From a bacterium (GTDB lineage: Bacteria > Patescibacteriota > Minisyncoccia > UBA6257 > Colwellbacteraceae), in assembly GCA_021839365.1 (NCBI GenBank), contig JAKCBB010000002.1, forward strand, positions 1-31,743: a stretch of DNA of 31,743 nucleotides, read 5' to 3'. Below the pieces are notes generated by a model, which had not been told where the DNA came from, did no database searches, and was given only the letters and a program-made list of their open reading frames with translations. A program made the position numbers and the translations under genes. Within the stretch, counting starts at the first letter, position 1. Every line of letters begins with the position of its first letter. Below are positions 1 through 8,294 of the stretch, piece after piece.

Positions 1-319
1 GCCGAACATGGTCTTCCAGGGTTTTCGCCACCAGCTTGAGTGCCGCGTCTCCCGCATCGTGCCCATAAGTATCGTTTAACTTTTTGAAGTTATCCACGTC
101 AAGCATTATTATGCTCAGCATTGTCAGGTTGAACTTATCCTTGGACCTGCCGTGCGCCTGGCTTTTTCCTACCGCGGCTATCATTTTTTCAACGCCGTCC
201 GTAAATCCGCGGCGATTAAAAGCTCCGGTCAACGGATCCTTGTAGACCATGAGCTTCAGCCGCTCTATTTCTTTTTTCAGTCTAGAAAACTCAACCGGAC
301 TTAGATTAACGCTGGGCAT
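1..319 (-). CDS. GGDEF-domain (diguanylate cyclase-like) protein, 3'-truncated by the window edge
   Basis: Not in the ORF track; translated by hand from ATG at 319: MPSVNLSPVEFSRLKKEIERLKLMVYKDPLTGAFNRRGF...LSIIMLDVDNFKKLNDTYGHDAGDAALKLVAKTLEDHVR. DxLTG-NRR, DxDxFKxxNDxYGHxxGD are hallmark GGDEF motifs. The GG(D/E)EF motif itself lies outside the window. Confidence 0.92.
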   Translation of the reverse strand, partial: MPSVNLSPVEFSRLKKEIERLKLMVYKDPLTGAFNRRGFTDGVEKMIAAVGKSQAHGRSKDKFNLTMLSIIMLDVDNFKKLNDTYGHDAGDAALKLVAKTLEDHVR

Positions 320-337
320 AAGCGGATAAGTTTTAAT

Positions 338-664
338 CTAGGAAGTTTCCCCTTCTCTTTCAACGTTATCCACGAACTCCGCCGCTTCGTTTCTGAAGTT
401 GGCCGCTTCCTTAGCAACCAGCTCGTTGAAGTTCGGGATGCGCTGATTCAAGAACTCGGAAATCTCGTCCCCGGTAGTTCCCTCCGAACTCAGTAATTTC
501 TCGAAAGCGTCCTGATCCGCCTCGTTAAGCAAATCCAGGGAATTAACTATTATGTTCTGGAAGATTATCCGACTGATGCTCTCAAGCGCTTTTTCCTGCT
601 CCTCCGCGGGAAGAGCGTCTAATCCCAAACCTTTTACGATATTCTGTTTTATTTCCTGATCCAT
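338..664 (-). CDS. Small acidic helical protein, DUF5663-like (CPR-typical)
   Basis: 108 aa; pattern I..LGLD.LP.EEQE..L......I...I...L..L.E.DQ..F resembles DUF5663 from memory, not searched. Confidence 0.6.
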   Translation of the reverse strand: MDQEIKQNIVKGLGLDALPAEEQEKALESISRIIFQNIIVNSLDLLNEADQDAFEKLLSSEGTTGDEISEFLNQRIPNFNELVAKEAANFRNEAAEFVDNVEREGETS

Positions 665-688
665 TTTCTTGTTCTTATTTTAGACCTT

Positions 689-3619
689 TTACTTTCCTAC
701 CTGCGTTGCTTTGGTTAAAGCCGCCTGTAAAATTTCCTGTATATTAACTGGGGTAGTGTTGTTGATCTTAGCTGCTTCATTTACCCACGACGAGTTCCCC
801 ATTGCCGCTTTAATCGCCGCTGACCCGACTTTTCCGGACGCGATGCCCTGGAACAACTCTTTTACGTTCGCCGTATTCAAAGCCTGTTCCAGAATAGCAT
901 GCATTTTATCCGGCGTGACATTATTGAGCGCCGCCAATCTATCCACCCACGACTGATCCGACAGCGACGTTTCTATCTGCGCGCTTTTAAGCTGGCCCGC
1001 ATCAAGATTATGTATCCACAATTGGACATTCTGCGCTTTATCTAAGGCTTCATTCAAAGTCTTCTGCATGTCATCCGGCGTAACCCCCTTGATTTGCGCC
1101 AGCCTGTCAATCCATTCTTTATTGCCCAGCGCCGTAGTTATATCCGCAGGTCGCAAAGTTTCGTCGTTAAGTTTAGCCAGCCACTCTGCCGTATGCTGGG
1201 AATAGTCAAGCCCCGACCTAAGGTTTTCATATAATTGATTAAAAGGAGTGCCCGTTACTTGAGCCAGCTGTTCGATTCTTTCTCTGTCATACAAAACCGA
1301 CGTTATCTGAGACGGAGTCAACGTCTCATCCTTAAGCCTGGACAAGAAAGCTTCGCCCGTAGCGCGGGAAAAATTGTCCGCGGGAACGACAAACGCTTCT
1401 GCCGGAGCGGAAACTCCGGATCCCCCCGCAGCACCCTCATCGGAATGGGCTGCAGAGGCGACACCGGATAGTTTCTCCTGCGCCTCCTGCACGGAAGGCA
1501 AAGGCTGTCCGGAAAACTTTGTAGCGAACTGGTTAAGAACCTCGTTATTGTGCGTTATGCTTTGTACGTCTGCGGCTGAAAGTCTCTCGGCATGCGCGGC
1601 TGTCGCGTGCAACCATTCTTGCCCGCTTTGCGTTGCGAATAAATTAGACAGGTCAAGCTTCCCGTCCATCATATACTTCGACGGATCGGCCATAACCTTA
1701 TCCTTTATGGCGTCTATATAATAAGTCTTCGCCGCTTCCAGAGCATTTCCATGCAAGCCGCTGGCTTGCAAGGCATCGAATTGCTTCGTGCTTTGAAGCA
1801 CGTCTGAAACCTTGTTCCAAACCGATTCGCCGTTCATCGGCTGGATATACTCGCTCGGCGTAAAAGTTTCCGCGGCGGCTCCTCCTGCTCCGGCAGTTCC
1901 AGCCGCGCCACCTGCATGCTCGGCCGACCCGTGAGAAATAGGCGCAATTCCGCTTCCGGACATATGCAGTGCTTTGGCGACAGCGTCCGCATGATGGCCT
2001 AATATAAATGAGGTTGCAACTCCCGCGCCGACTTGTGCCGCGAGCATTCCGATTCTTCTCCTTTTTTCACGCTGTTCGGCAATGGTTCGCATCTCTCCAT
2101 ATTCCTGCTGCATTTTTATAAACTCATCAAGCGATGCTCCGGTAAATTTTCCGCGCATCGATCTTTCTTGATACGCCAATCCTTTCTTTTCTCCGCCGAA
2201 TACCTTATCCCACGTTTTTAAACCTAATTCAGCGGTTGCTCTCGCGCCTATTGACGCGCCGCCGCTTATCCATCTCCTCATAACCGCAGCTCCTCCGAAA
2301 ACAAGCACTGCCGGAACGGTTGCTATAGCGCCCGTTCCAACACCGAGCGCGAGCGACACTCCGGTCGAGATGGCCAGCCTTTTCCACCTCGGCTGTTTCA
2401 TCCACCAGTTAACCGCTTTTTGGACAGCGCTTTTTTCTTTCGGCGGAAAGTTTTCTATGTTCAAAGCCTGCGAGCGTTCGTACTCTTTTATAAAATGCTC
2501 GTTAAATAATTCAGCTCTATAGTCCTTAAGTTTATTATCCTTATCAGGGTCTCCTTCCAGTTCTTTGCCTTTGGCTTCGATTAACGCGCTAACGCGTTTA
2601 GCCACTGTTTCATAATGAGATCTCCTTGCTTCTTCCGCGGCCCTCAACAATCCTTCCAGCTCTTCTCCGCTCTTTTTAGCTCTTTTACTAGTTCTATACG
2701 CGGAGTAGGCCGCGGCTTGTTTGTTCCGGGCCTCTTCTACAATATTTTCATATTCAGCGGATGCCGCTGATTCTTCCGGCTTTTGTTCCGCCGCTTGTTC
2801 AGACGTAGCGGCAGCTTGATCAAGAGATTTAAGTTCTTCCTCCAGCCCTATCTGCTTTTCCTTAAGCTGCGGGGTAACAATGGCGGCCTTTCTTATCTCC
2901 TCAAGTTCTGATTCTACTTCTCTTCTCCGACTATCTCTTTCCTCAATTTCCGCTTTCTCTGCCGCTATTTTTACCTCATTTTGCCTCTCCGGAGTCAGTT
3001 TCCCGCTATCCAATTCGGCAAGTTGAGTCTTAAGTTTTTCCGTTTCCGCCTTAACATCCGCGCTTTGGTATTGCGCCCCGCCAAGTTCTTCCAGCCTCGC
3101 CTCTATTTTTCTTCTGTCCTCGTCTATCGCTTTTTGTTCCGGAGAAACCGTGATCCCCCTCTTTGCAGTCGGTTCTTCCGGCTTTTGTTCCGCCGCTTGT
3201 TCAGACGTAGCGGCAGCTTGATCAAGAGATTTAAGTTCTTCCTCTCCTGGCTCATTCTTCGCTGGCGTCTGGGCAGGCAAAGCTTCCGACTCTGATTTGC
3301 TTGTTGCGTTTAAAGCCGCTTCGGCAGGAGTCGGCCTAAACCCCGGCTGGCCGAAAGAAGAAATGCGCCCTTCCAAAAAGGAATCTCTGGCTTCCGACGT
3401 TTGGCCTTCCGCATATCTTATCCCCTCTCTTATCTCTCTTGCCTTATCGGCATTCTCTGGGGAACGAGGTAAATTCCTTAATTGGGCTTCCAGTCTTCCC
3501 TTTTCCGCATAAAGCGGCTTAACGATGTTAAAATATTCGCGCTGCTCCGGAGTTACTGGGATTTCTTTATTGTTTCCCCCCGTATTATTCCCTTTTACAC
3601 CTGGAACTTGTTCACTCAT
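689..3619 (-). CDS. 976-aa hypothetical protein: charged coiled-coil N-half, Gly/Ala-rich hydrophobic segments, C-terminal 4x55-aa helical repeats; secreted or membrane effector-like
   Basis: Long ORF. E/K/A/Q-rich N-terminus; hydrophobic stretches AISTGVSLALGVGTGAIATVPAVLVFGGAAV and IGMLAAQVGAGVATSFILG; segment GESVWNKV...TYYIDAIKDKV (possibly LysM-like); C-terminal repeats. Confidence 0.85.
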   Translation of the reverse strand: MSEQVPGVKGNNTGGNNKEIPVTPEQREYFNIVKPLYAEKGRLEAQLRNLPRSPENADKAREIREGIRYAEGQTSEARDSFLEGRISSFGQPGFRPTPAEAALNATSKSESEALPAQTPAKNEPGEEELKSLDQAAATSEQAAEQKPEEPTAKRGITVSPEQKAIDEDRRKIEARLEELGGAQYQSADVKAETEKLKTQLAELDSGKLTPERQNEVKIAAEKAEIEERDSRRREVESELEEIRKAAIVTPQLKEKQIGLEEELKSLDQAAATSEQAAEQKPEESAASAEYENIVEEARNKQAAAYSAYRTSKRAKKSGEELEGLLRAAEEARRSHYETVAKRVSALIEAKGKELEGDPDKDNKLKDYRAELFNEHFIKEYERSQALNIENFPPKEKSAVQKAVNWWMKQPRWKRLAISTGVSLALGVGTGAIATVPAVLVFGGAAVMRRWISGGASIGARATAELGLKTWDKVFGGEKKGLAYQERSMRGKFTGASLDEFIKMQQEYGEMRTIAEQREKRRRIGMLAAQVGAGVATSFILGHHADAVAKALHMSGSGIAPISHGSAEHAGGAAGTAGAGGAAAETFTPSEYIQPMNGESVWNKVSDVLQSTKQFDALQASGLHGNALEAAKTYYIDAIKDKVMADPSKYMMDGKLDLSNLFATQSGQEWLHATAAHAERLSAADVQSITHNNEVLNQFATKFSGQPLPSVQEAQEKLSGVASAAHSDEGAAGGSGVSAPAEAFVVPADNFSRATGEAFLSRLKDETLTPSQITSVLYDRERIEQLAQVTGTPFNQLYENLRSGLDYSQHTAEWLAKLNDETLRPADITTALGNKEWIDRLAQIKGVTPDDMQKTLNEALDKAQNVQLWIHNLDAGQLKSAQIETSLSDQSWVDRLAALNNVTPDKMHAILEQALNTANVKELFQGIASGKVGSAAIKAAMGNSSWVNEAAKINNTTPVNIQEILQAALTKATQVGK
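692..1345 (-). repeat. Four degenerate tandem 55-aa protein repeats at the C-terminus of the 976-aa protein
   Basis: Units begin LSRLKDETLTPSQI, LAKLNDETLRPADI, IHNLDAGQLKSAQI and FQGIASGKVGSAAI; units 2-4 share W(I/V)xxxAxxxxxTPxx(M/I)xxxLxxAL and unit 1 is more diverged; unit 2 counted as 55 aa. Confidence 0.85.
2771..2842. repeat. Perfect 72-bp intragenic direct repeat, copy A
   Basis: ttcttccggcttttgttccgccgcttgttcagacgtagcggcagcttgatcaagagatttaagttcttcctc, identical to 3173-3244; encodes EEELKSLDQAAATSEQAAEQKPEE. Confidence 0.95.
3173..3244. repeat. Perfect 72-bp intragenic direct repeat, copy B
   Basis: Identical to 2771-2842; offset of 402 bp (134 codons) keeps the frame. Confidence 0.95.
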
Positions 3620-3666
3620 ATTGGCTTGTATTTGTAATTAAATCTTCATCCCAAATTTTAATTAAG

Positions 3667-6030
3667 TCAACCCCTAAGTCTTCTGAACACATCCTCCTCC
3701 ACCGACTTCCTGCCGCGGCCATACTTCAACCGCGAAACCTCTTTCACCACCCTCGCTGTTTCCGCGATTCCTGTCTGCGGGGGCAGAGTTTTTATATTAA
3801 ACGGCTTCGCCGGCTGACCTCCGACAAGAAGCTTGGCATAGGCATTGTAGTTATCTATATTTGTAAGGTCTGCCTTGGAAAATGTCGGCTCGAATTCTTT
3901 TCCCAATTCTTCCGCATCCGGTACGCCGACGCGGAAAACAACTTTAGACCCGACGTTTCCGAACACCGCGTCCCTTATCCTGTCAGTCAATTGAGCGATG
4001 AACTGATGCGCTATGGTAAGATTAAGCCTGTATTTCCGGGCCTCGGAAAGAATGACCGCGATAGAATCGGTGGTAAAATTATGAAACTCATCTATATAAA
4101 GATAGAAATCTCTCCTCTGGCTTTCATCTGAAATATCCACTCTTGAAAGCGAAGCCATCAAAAGTTTCCCCACTATAATCATGCCCAAAAGATTGGCGTT
4201 TATATCCCCTATTCTTCCCTTCGCCAGATTGACGATAAGCGCCTTGCCTTCGTCTATCACTTTGCGGAAGTTAAACGCCGACTCGGTCTGGCCTATTATC
4301 GGCCGGATATAATCGTTGGCCGTAAAATTGTTGAACTTAGAGGTGATATACGGAGTGATGTTTGCGAGAGCCGCCTCCCCGCCGGCTTTCACCGCCTCTT
4401 TTTCCCAAAAGTCTATCACCGCAGGGTTCATTATTCTTTTTAGTTTTCTTCCCCTGTACTCCGCATCCGTAAACACCCGCGGAACTTCCATAAGAGTGGC
4501 CGGCTCGTTGTGCATATCCTCCATCAAAAGCAAAAGCGCGTTCTTCATATATTGCTCGAACATCGGACCCATCGTCTCCGGAGGGAAAAGCTTGTTGAAA
4601 ATTCCCTGCATTTCGTTCACAATGAACGTTTTTTCCTCCGGCCGCGCCATATTGTACTCAAGCATATTCAACCCGACGGGGCGCTCGATATCGGAAGGAT
4701 CCAAAACAATTATGTCGTCATATCTTTCTTTCGGGGCCAAAGCCATGATTCCTTCCGCCAGATCTCCGTGCGGATCGATTATGGCCATCCCCTTTCCGTT
4801 CTGCAAATCATTAACCGCCATGTTTTTGAGCAACGCCGATTTTCCCGTCCCGGTCTGGCCGATTACATAGAGATGTCTCCGCCTGTCGTCTTCGGAAAGC
4901 ATTATTGTCTTTCTCTCTCCGCGAAAAACGCTCTCGCCCAAAACCACTCCGCTTGTCGGCAGGTTGGCCGGCGCCGGAGCTTCTTTGCTCTTCAGCCACT
5001 TTATTTTTTGCACTCCGATAGTCGAAGTCGGCAGGTGGAAAATACTCGCCAGTTCCGTCGAATTTAAGATCATCGCCTGTGCCGGAACAAACTGCCTGAA
5101 AGAATAAGCGAAAGAAAGACCGCTTGCATTGCCCGGCTTAACGGCGTTTATCTCGCCTCTCCTCTGCGATTGGAACTGTGAAAAAGAATCGGCTGCGGAC
5201 ATCGCCAAACTCTCCGCCGCCGCGTAATCCGCCGCCGACGCCAATATCCTGAAGTTGACCTCGAATAGCGGATGGGCGATTTTGGATTCCAAAGCCTTAA
5301 CTCCCTCTTCGTCTATTATCTTCGGTCTGCCAGCTTCTCCTTCGTTTTCTTTTTTTGGTTTGGGATTTATCGCCGCGGCTAAATCCTTTAAACCTATTCC
5401 CGCCGGCGCGCTGGTAATTTTCTCGAAACTTTCTCCTTTTTTAAGTTCTCCTATTTCGCGCATTATATTTTTCTTCGTCGATGAGGCCGCCGGCCTGGCA
5501 ACGATTTGGATAGCCATTCCTTCACCGGCCTCCGCGACATTCGCAAGCGCGCTCAATATCGGAGCGAAAGTATCTATATTGGTTTCTTCGTATGTCCGTA
5601 TGGGAAGCGAATAGCCGCTTTTCTGTTTTAGATAAACGCCCGCAGCCGCGCCCGATGGGTTAAAAATATTATAATCCTCCGCTTCCTGCGCCTGTCCGTC
5701 CGGAAACAGGCCCTCTATCTGTCTCTTGACGGTAGGAATGTAATTTGCCGGAACGGAAACGTAAAAGTGTATCTCCTCCCCTATGTGGTGTACTGCCGCC
5801 TCCAAGACGAAAGGGGTTTTTAATCCGGATAGCAGCGCGTAAAGTTGCGCGGATTTATTTATCTCTTCTTTTAAATCCGTATCCGCGTCAGGCTGTTTCT
5901 GGGTCAGTCTTACAAGGAGAAGTTTCAGGTTTAATGAATTTGCGATAGATTGCTTGGCCGCGGCTTTTTTGAGAAAAAATAAAAATATTATAAGCGCAAC
6001 GAGTATGGCCGCTCCTGCCGCCCATATCAT
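3667..6030 (-). CDS. Membrane-anchored type IV secretion coupling protein-like ATPase (VirD4/TraD/TrwB-like; HerA/FtsK superfamily)
   Basis: N-terminal TM (IWAAGAAILVALIIFLFFL); Walker A HLYVIGQTGTGKS (4837-4860); IIDPHGDL; Walker B FYLYIDEFHNF; LSEARKYRLNLTIAHQFIAQL; AVFGNVGS.VVFRVG. Confidence 0.88.
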   Translation of the reverse strand: MIWAAGAAILVALIIFLFFLKKAAAKQSIANSLNLKLLLVRLTQKQPDADTDLKEEINKSAQLYALLSGLKTPFVLEAAVHHIGEEIHFYVSVPANYIPTVKRQIEGLFPDGQAQEAEDYNIFNPSGAAAGVYLKQKSGYSLPIRTYEETNIDTFAPILSALANVAEAGEGMAIQIVARPAASSTKKNIMREIGELKKGESFEKITSAPAGIGLKDLAAAINPKPKKENEGEAGRPKIIDEEGVKALESKIAHPLFEVNFRILASAADYAAAESLAMSAADSFSQFQSQRRGEINAVKPGNASGLSFAYSFRQFVPAQAMILNSTELASIFHLPTSTIGVQKIKWLKSKEAPAPANLPTSGVVLGESVFRGERKTIMLSEDDRRRHLYVIGQTGTGKSALLKNMAVNDLQNGKGMAIIDPHGDLAEGIMALAPKERYDDIIVLDPSDIERPVGLNMLEYNMARPEEKTFIVNEMQGIFNKLFPPETMGPMFEQYMKNALLLLMEDMHNEPATLMEVPRVFTDAEYRGRKLKRIMNPAVIDFWEKEAVKAGGEAALANITPYITSKFNNFTANDYIRPIIGQTESAFNFRKVIDEGKALIVNLAKGRIGDINANLLGMIIVGKLLMASLSRVDISDESQRRDFYLYIDEFHNFTTDSIAVILSEARKYRLNLTIAHQFIAQLTDRIRDAVFGNVGSKVVFRVGVPDAEELGKEFEPTFSKADLTNIDNYNAYAKLLVGGQPAKPFNIKTLPPQTGIAETARVVKEVSRLKYGRGRKSVEEDVFRRLRG

Positions 6031-6434
6031 ATTAATTTCCTGGACTTCATCTCTGCGTAAAGCTTGTCGACCAGGGCGTCATGAAACGCATCCAAAACAA
6101 AAGGGCCGGCGGCCCTTGCCTGTTTGGCCGCTTCTTCAACGCCGCTTCTAAACGCGGTTTCCAAAAGCCTTTCTACTTCCAGTCTTATTTCTTCCGGAGC
6201 CTGGTTCACGTAATCCGGGAGATAAGGAGACTGGCTGTCTTCTCCGGCATTCGTCGAAGCCTTTGCACCAGGTCGCGCCTGGATGCCGTAAACTTCCGGC
6301 TGCACCGCTTGTTTTAAAACTTCTCTTGAACTTTCTCCCGCGGATTTTTCCTTAACCTCGGCCGCAAGGCGCGCGATATCCGCCTCTATCGCCGATTGTG
6401 CCGACCCGCTCCCTTCGATTCTCTCCAGTGCCAT
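6027..6434 (-). CDS. Small helical hypothetical protein translationally coupled to the ATPase
   Basis: 135 aa; its TGA overlaps the ATPase ATG (ATGA, 6027-6030). The C-terminal PFVLDAFHDALVDKLY resembles a family I associate with CPR genomes (unverified). Confidence 0.8.
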   Translation of the reverse strand: MALERIEGSGSAQSAIEADIARLAAEVKEKSAGESSREVLKQAVQPEVYGIQARPGAKASTNAGEDSQSPYLPDYVNQAPEEIRLEVERLLETAFRSGVEEAAKQARAAGPFVLDAFHDALVDKLYAEMKSRKLI

Positions 6435-6440
6435 GACTTA

Positions 6441-6446
6441 ATAATA
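6441..6446 (-). promoter_or_regulatory. Putative -10 box (TATTAT) 6 nt before the ATG at 6434; leaderless start
   Basis: Minus strand reads TATTAT-taagtc-ATG; no clear -35. Confidence 0.4.
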
Positions 6447-6482
6447 AGACCGCGCGGCGCAAAAAAGAAGACCTGCGAAATT

Positions 6483-8279
6483 TTACGCCGACCCCCGTAG
6501 CACCGCCTCCCTGGTTCTACTGTTAGAAGCAAGAGTCTTCCATAATAAAGAAGATTTGAACTTAGCTTCGTCTCCGAATTCGCTTACAGCCTCGTTATTC
6601 ACATAATTCTCAACAAACCTTGAGATGGTTTCATTATGTTCCGGACGCAAATTGGCAAGCGCGTCCTCCAGTTTGGCTCGGTCTCCGCCCACCGCGTCCA
6701 GCAGCGCCGAGTTAAGGAGGCTTTCTATCGCGCTTTCGGCATACTCCCTATCGAATCCGACAGCATCGGCGAACGCGGCCATAGCCCCGTATATACCCTC
6801 GCACTCATTAACACCGGAAGCGGCGGCCATAATATACGATGGCCTGGATTCCAAAGATTCCAAGGATAATACGATCTCCTGCCTTACCCTGGGGGTAAGG
6901 AACTCCGGATTCGCCTTAATGAGCTCGGTTGCTCTTACAATATCCCGTGCGTCAAAAATGTTTTGGGCTTCTCCTTCTATTATCTCATCCATCTTTTGTC
7001 CGGGAATATTGCTGAAAAATTTATTATTTACAAGACGGCGCAGCGATTCGTAAAACTCATATTTCTCGTCTCCTATTTCGTGCCTGAGGTATCTGGCTAT
7101 TTTCCTATATTCTCCGGTATCGAACAAAATCATCGCTGATTTAAGCTCTTCCGTTTTACCCTCGTGCTCCGCTACGAAAAACAAATCTCCCAAGAGAGAA
7201 TAAAAAAAATCGAACTCCTTTTGCAGCTCGGCCAGATACCGGTCCATATATTCCAAGACGGTTTTCTTTGACTCCCCGCTTCTTTTGTTGCTGGAACTTT
7301 CGAAAGCGCGCCTTACCGCATTCAAGTAGCTTTTGACTTCATAAAATGCGGCGAGCTCCGTATGAAGTCTCCCTTTTCGGAGTTCGTCAAAATTAGCGAC
7401 AAGCTCTCCTTTCGAGGAAAGAACTGCCCTTTTGGCCCGCTTTATAAGCATGTCGAACTGTATTTTGCGGAGTACTTCCGAACCGCTGTCAACAGCCTGA
7501 AGAAAACGGCTGAACTCGTCGCCGGCGGCTTTCTTCTTGGTTATGTCCGCACGCGGCCTGTCATCAAACGCCTCATAAACAGAGTGCGTGTTTTCATGGC
7601 GGATGCTCTCGGCTTCGTCTTCGGCGTCCCCGGATCTTCTTATGACGTTAAACACGTCTCCTTCGAAGTGAGCGCCGTATACTCCGCGGTCGTATCCCAA
7701 AGCGCCCATCTCTCCGTCATCGAGAAGAAAGCTGACGCTGAGGCTGGAAAAAACAGTTTCCTTTTCAGCCGCCGGAATATCCAAGTCGGATATTCTTTCC
7801 GGCATTCTGACCGCGCCGGGGTCTTTTTTAAAATCCTCGTAGCGCCGCGCCTTATATCTCAGTTGCGGCTTTGCGCCGCTGAGAACGCTAAAAAGACGGA
7901 CATCGGGGTCGCCGTCAATTTCCGCTATCCTGTCTCTCGTTCTGTCGTTTTCCTCGCTTGATTTCTGAACCTCCGGGGAAGAGAAATCATAATCCGATTT
8001 TTCTATCTCCGCATCGATATTTTCGCTTATTCTGATCAAACGGTCCTTCTCGCTAAGCTGCGGAGCCGCGATTCCCCGATATCTCTCTAAAACGGCGTCT
8101 ATCTTCGCCTCCGCGTTCCGGACGAATTCCTCTCCTTTTATATCCTCTCGTTCAAGCTCCCCGCGAAGTCCGGTAATCATTCCTATCCGTTCTCTCAGCC
8201 TGTCATAAAGAGCCTCTCTTTTTTCCGCTCTTGCTTCGCCCTCGGGAACGGAAGCTCCTTGTTCAGGAAATTTTTCCAT
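6483..8279 (-). CDS. 598-aa acidic helical hypothetical protein with HExxH zinc-metallopeptidase-like motif
   Basis: IRHENTHSVYE (HENTH at 7584-7598, aa 228-232) and downstream KGELVA as a possible third-ligand Glu; no TM or Sec signal seen. Confidence 0.7.
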   Translation of the reverse strand: MEKFPEQGASVPEGEARAEKREALYDRLRERIGMITGLRGELEREDIKGEEFVRNAEAKIDAVLERYRGIAAPQLSEKDRLIRISENIDAEIEKSDYDFSSPEVQKSSEENDRTRDRIAEIDGDPDVRLFSVLSGAKPQLRYKARRYEDFKKDPGAVRMPERISDLDIPAAEKETVFSSLSVSFLLDDGEMGALGYDRGVYGAHFEGDVFNVIRRSGDAEDEAESIRHENTHSVYEAFDDRPRADITKKKAAGDEFSRFLQAVDSGSEVLRKIQFDMLIKRAKRAVLSSKGELVANFDELRKGRLHTELAAFYEVKSYLNAVRRAFESSSNKRSGESKKTVLEYMDRYLAELQKEFDFFYSLLGDLFFVAEHEGKTEELKSAMILFDTGEYRKIARYLRHEIGDEKYEFYESLRRLVNNKFFSNIPGQKMDEIIEGEAQNIFDARDIVRATELIKANPEFLTPRVRQEIVLSLESLESRPSYIMAAASGVNECEGIYGAMAAFADAVGFDREYAESAIESLLNSALLDAVGGDRAKLEDALANLRPEHNETISRFVENYVNNEAVSEFGDEAKFKSSLLWKTLASNSRTREAVLRGSA

Positions 8280-8294
8280 ACCACTATAGAGCGA

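Noticed and set aside
2771-3244. 72-bp repeats as a CRISPR array or IS ends
   Set aside because: Only two copies, direct, in frame within a CDS, 402 bp apart; no cas or transposase genes.
4316-5614. Plus-strand ORFs 4316-4870, 4510-5067 and 5255-5614, and similar ones at 7362-7961, 10229-10828, 23551-24102, 25568-26200 and 27686-28192
   Set aside because: Antisense shadows of well-supported minus-strand genes; no motifs and atypical composition.
3667-6030. ATPase as the marker of a conjugative element (ICE or plasmid)
   Set aside because: No relaxase, VirB4, oriT-like hairpin, integrase or att sites in the window, and composition matches the host genes.
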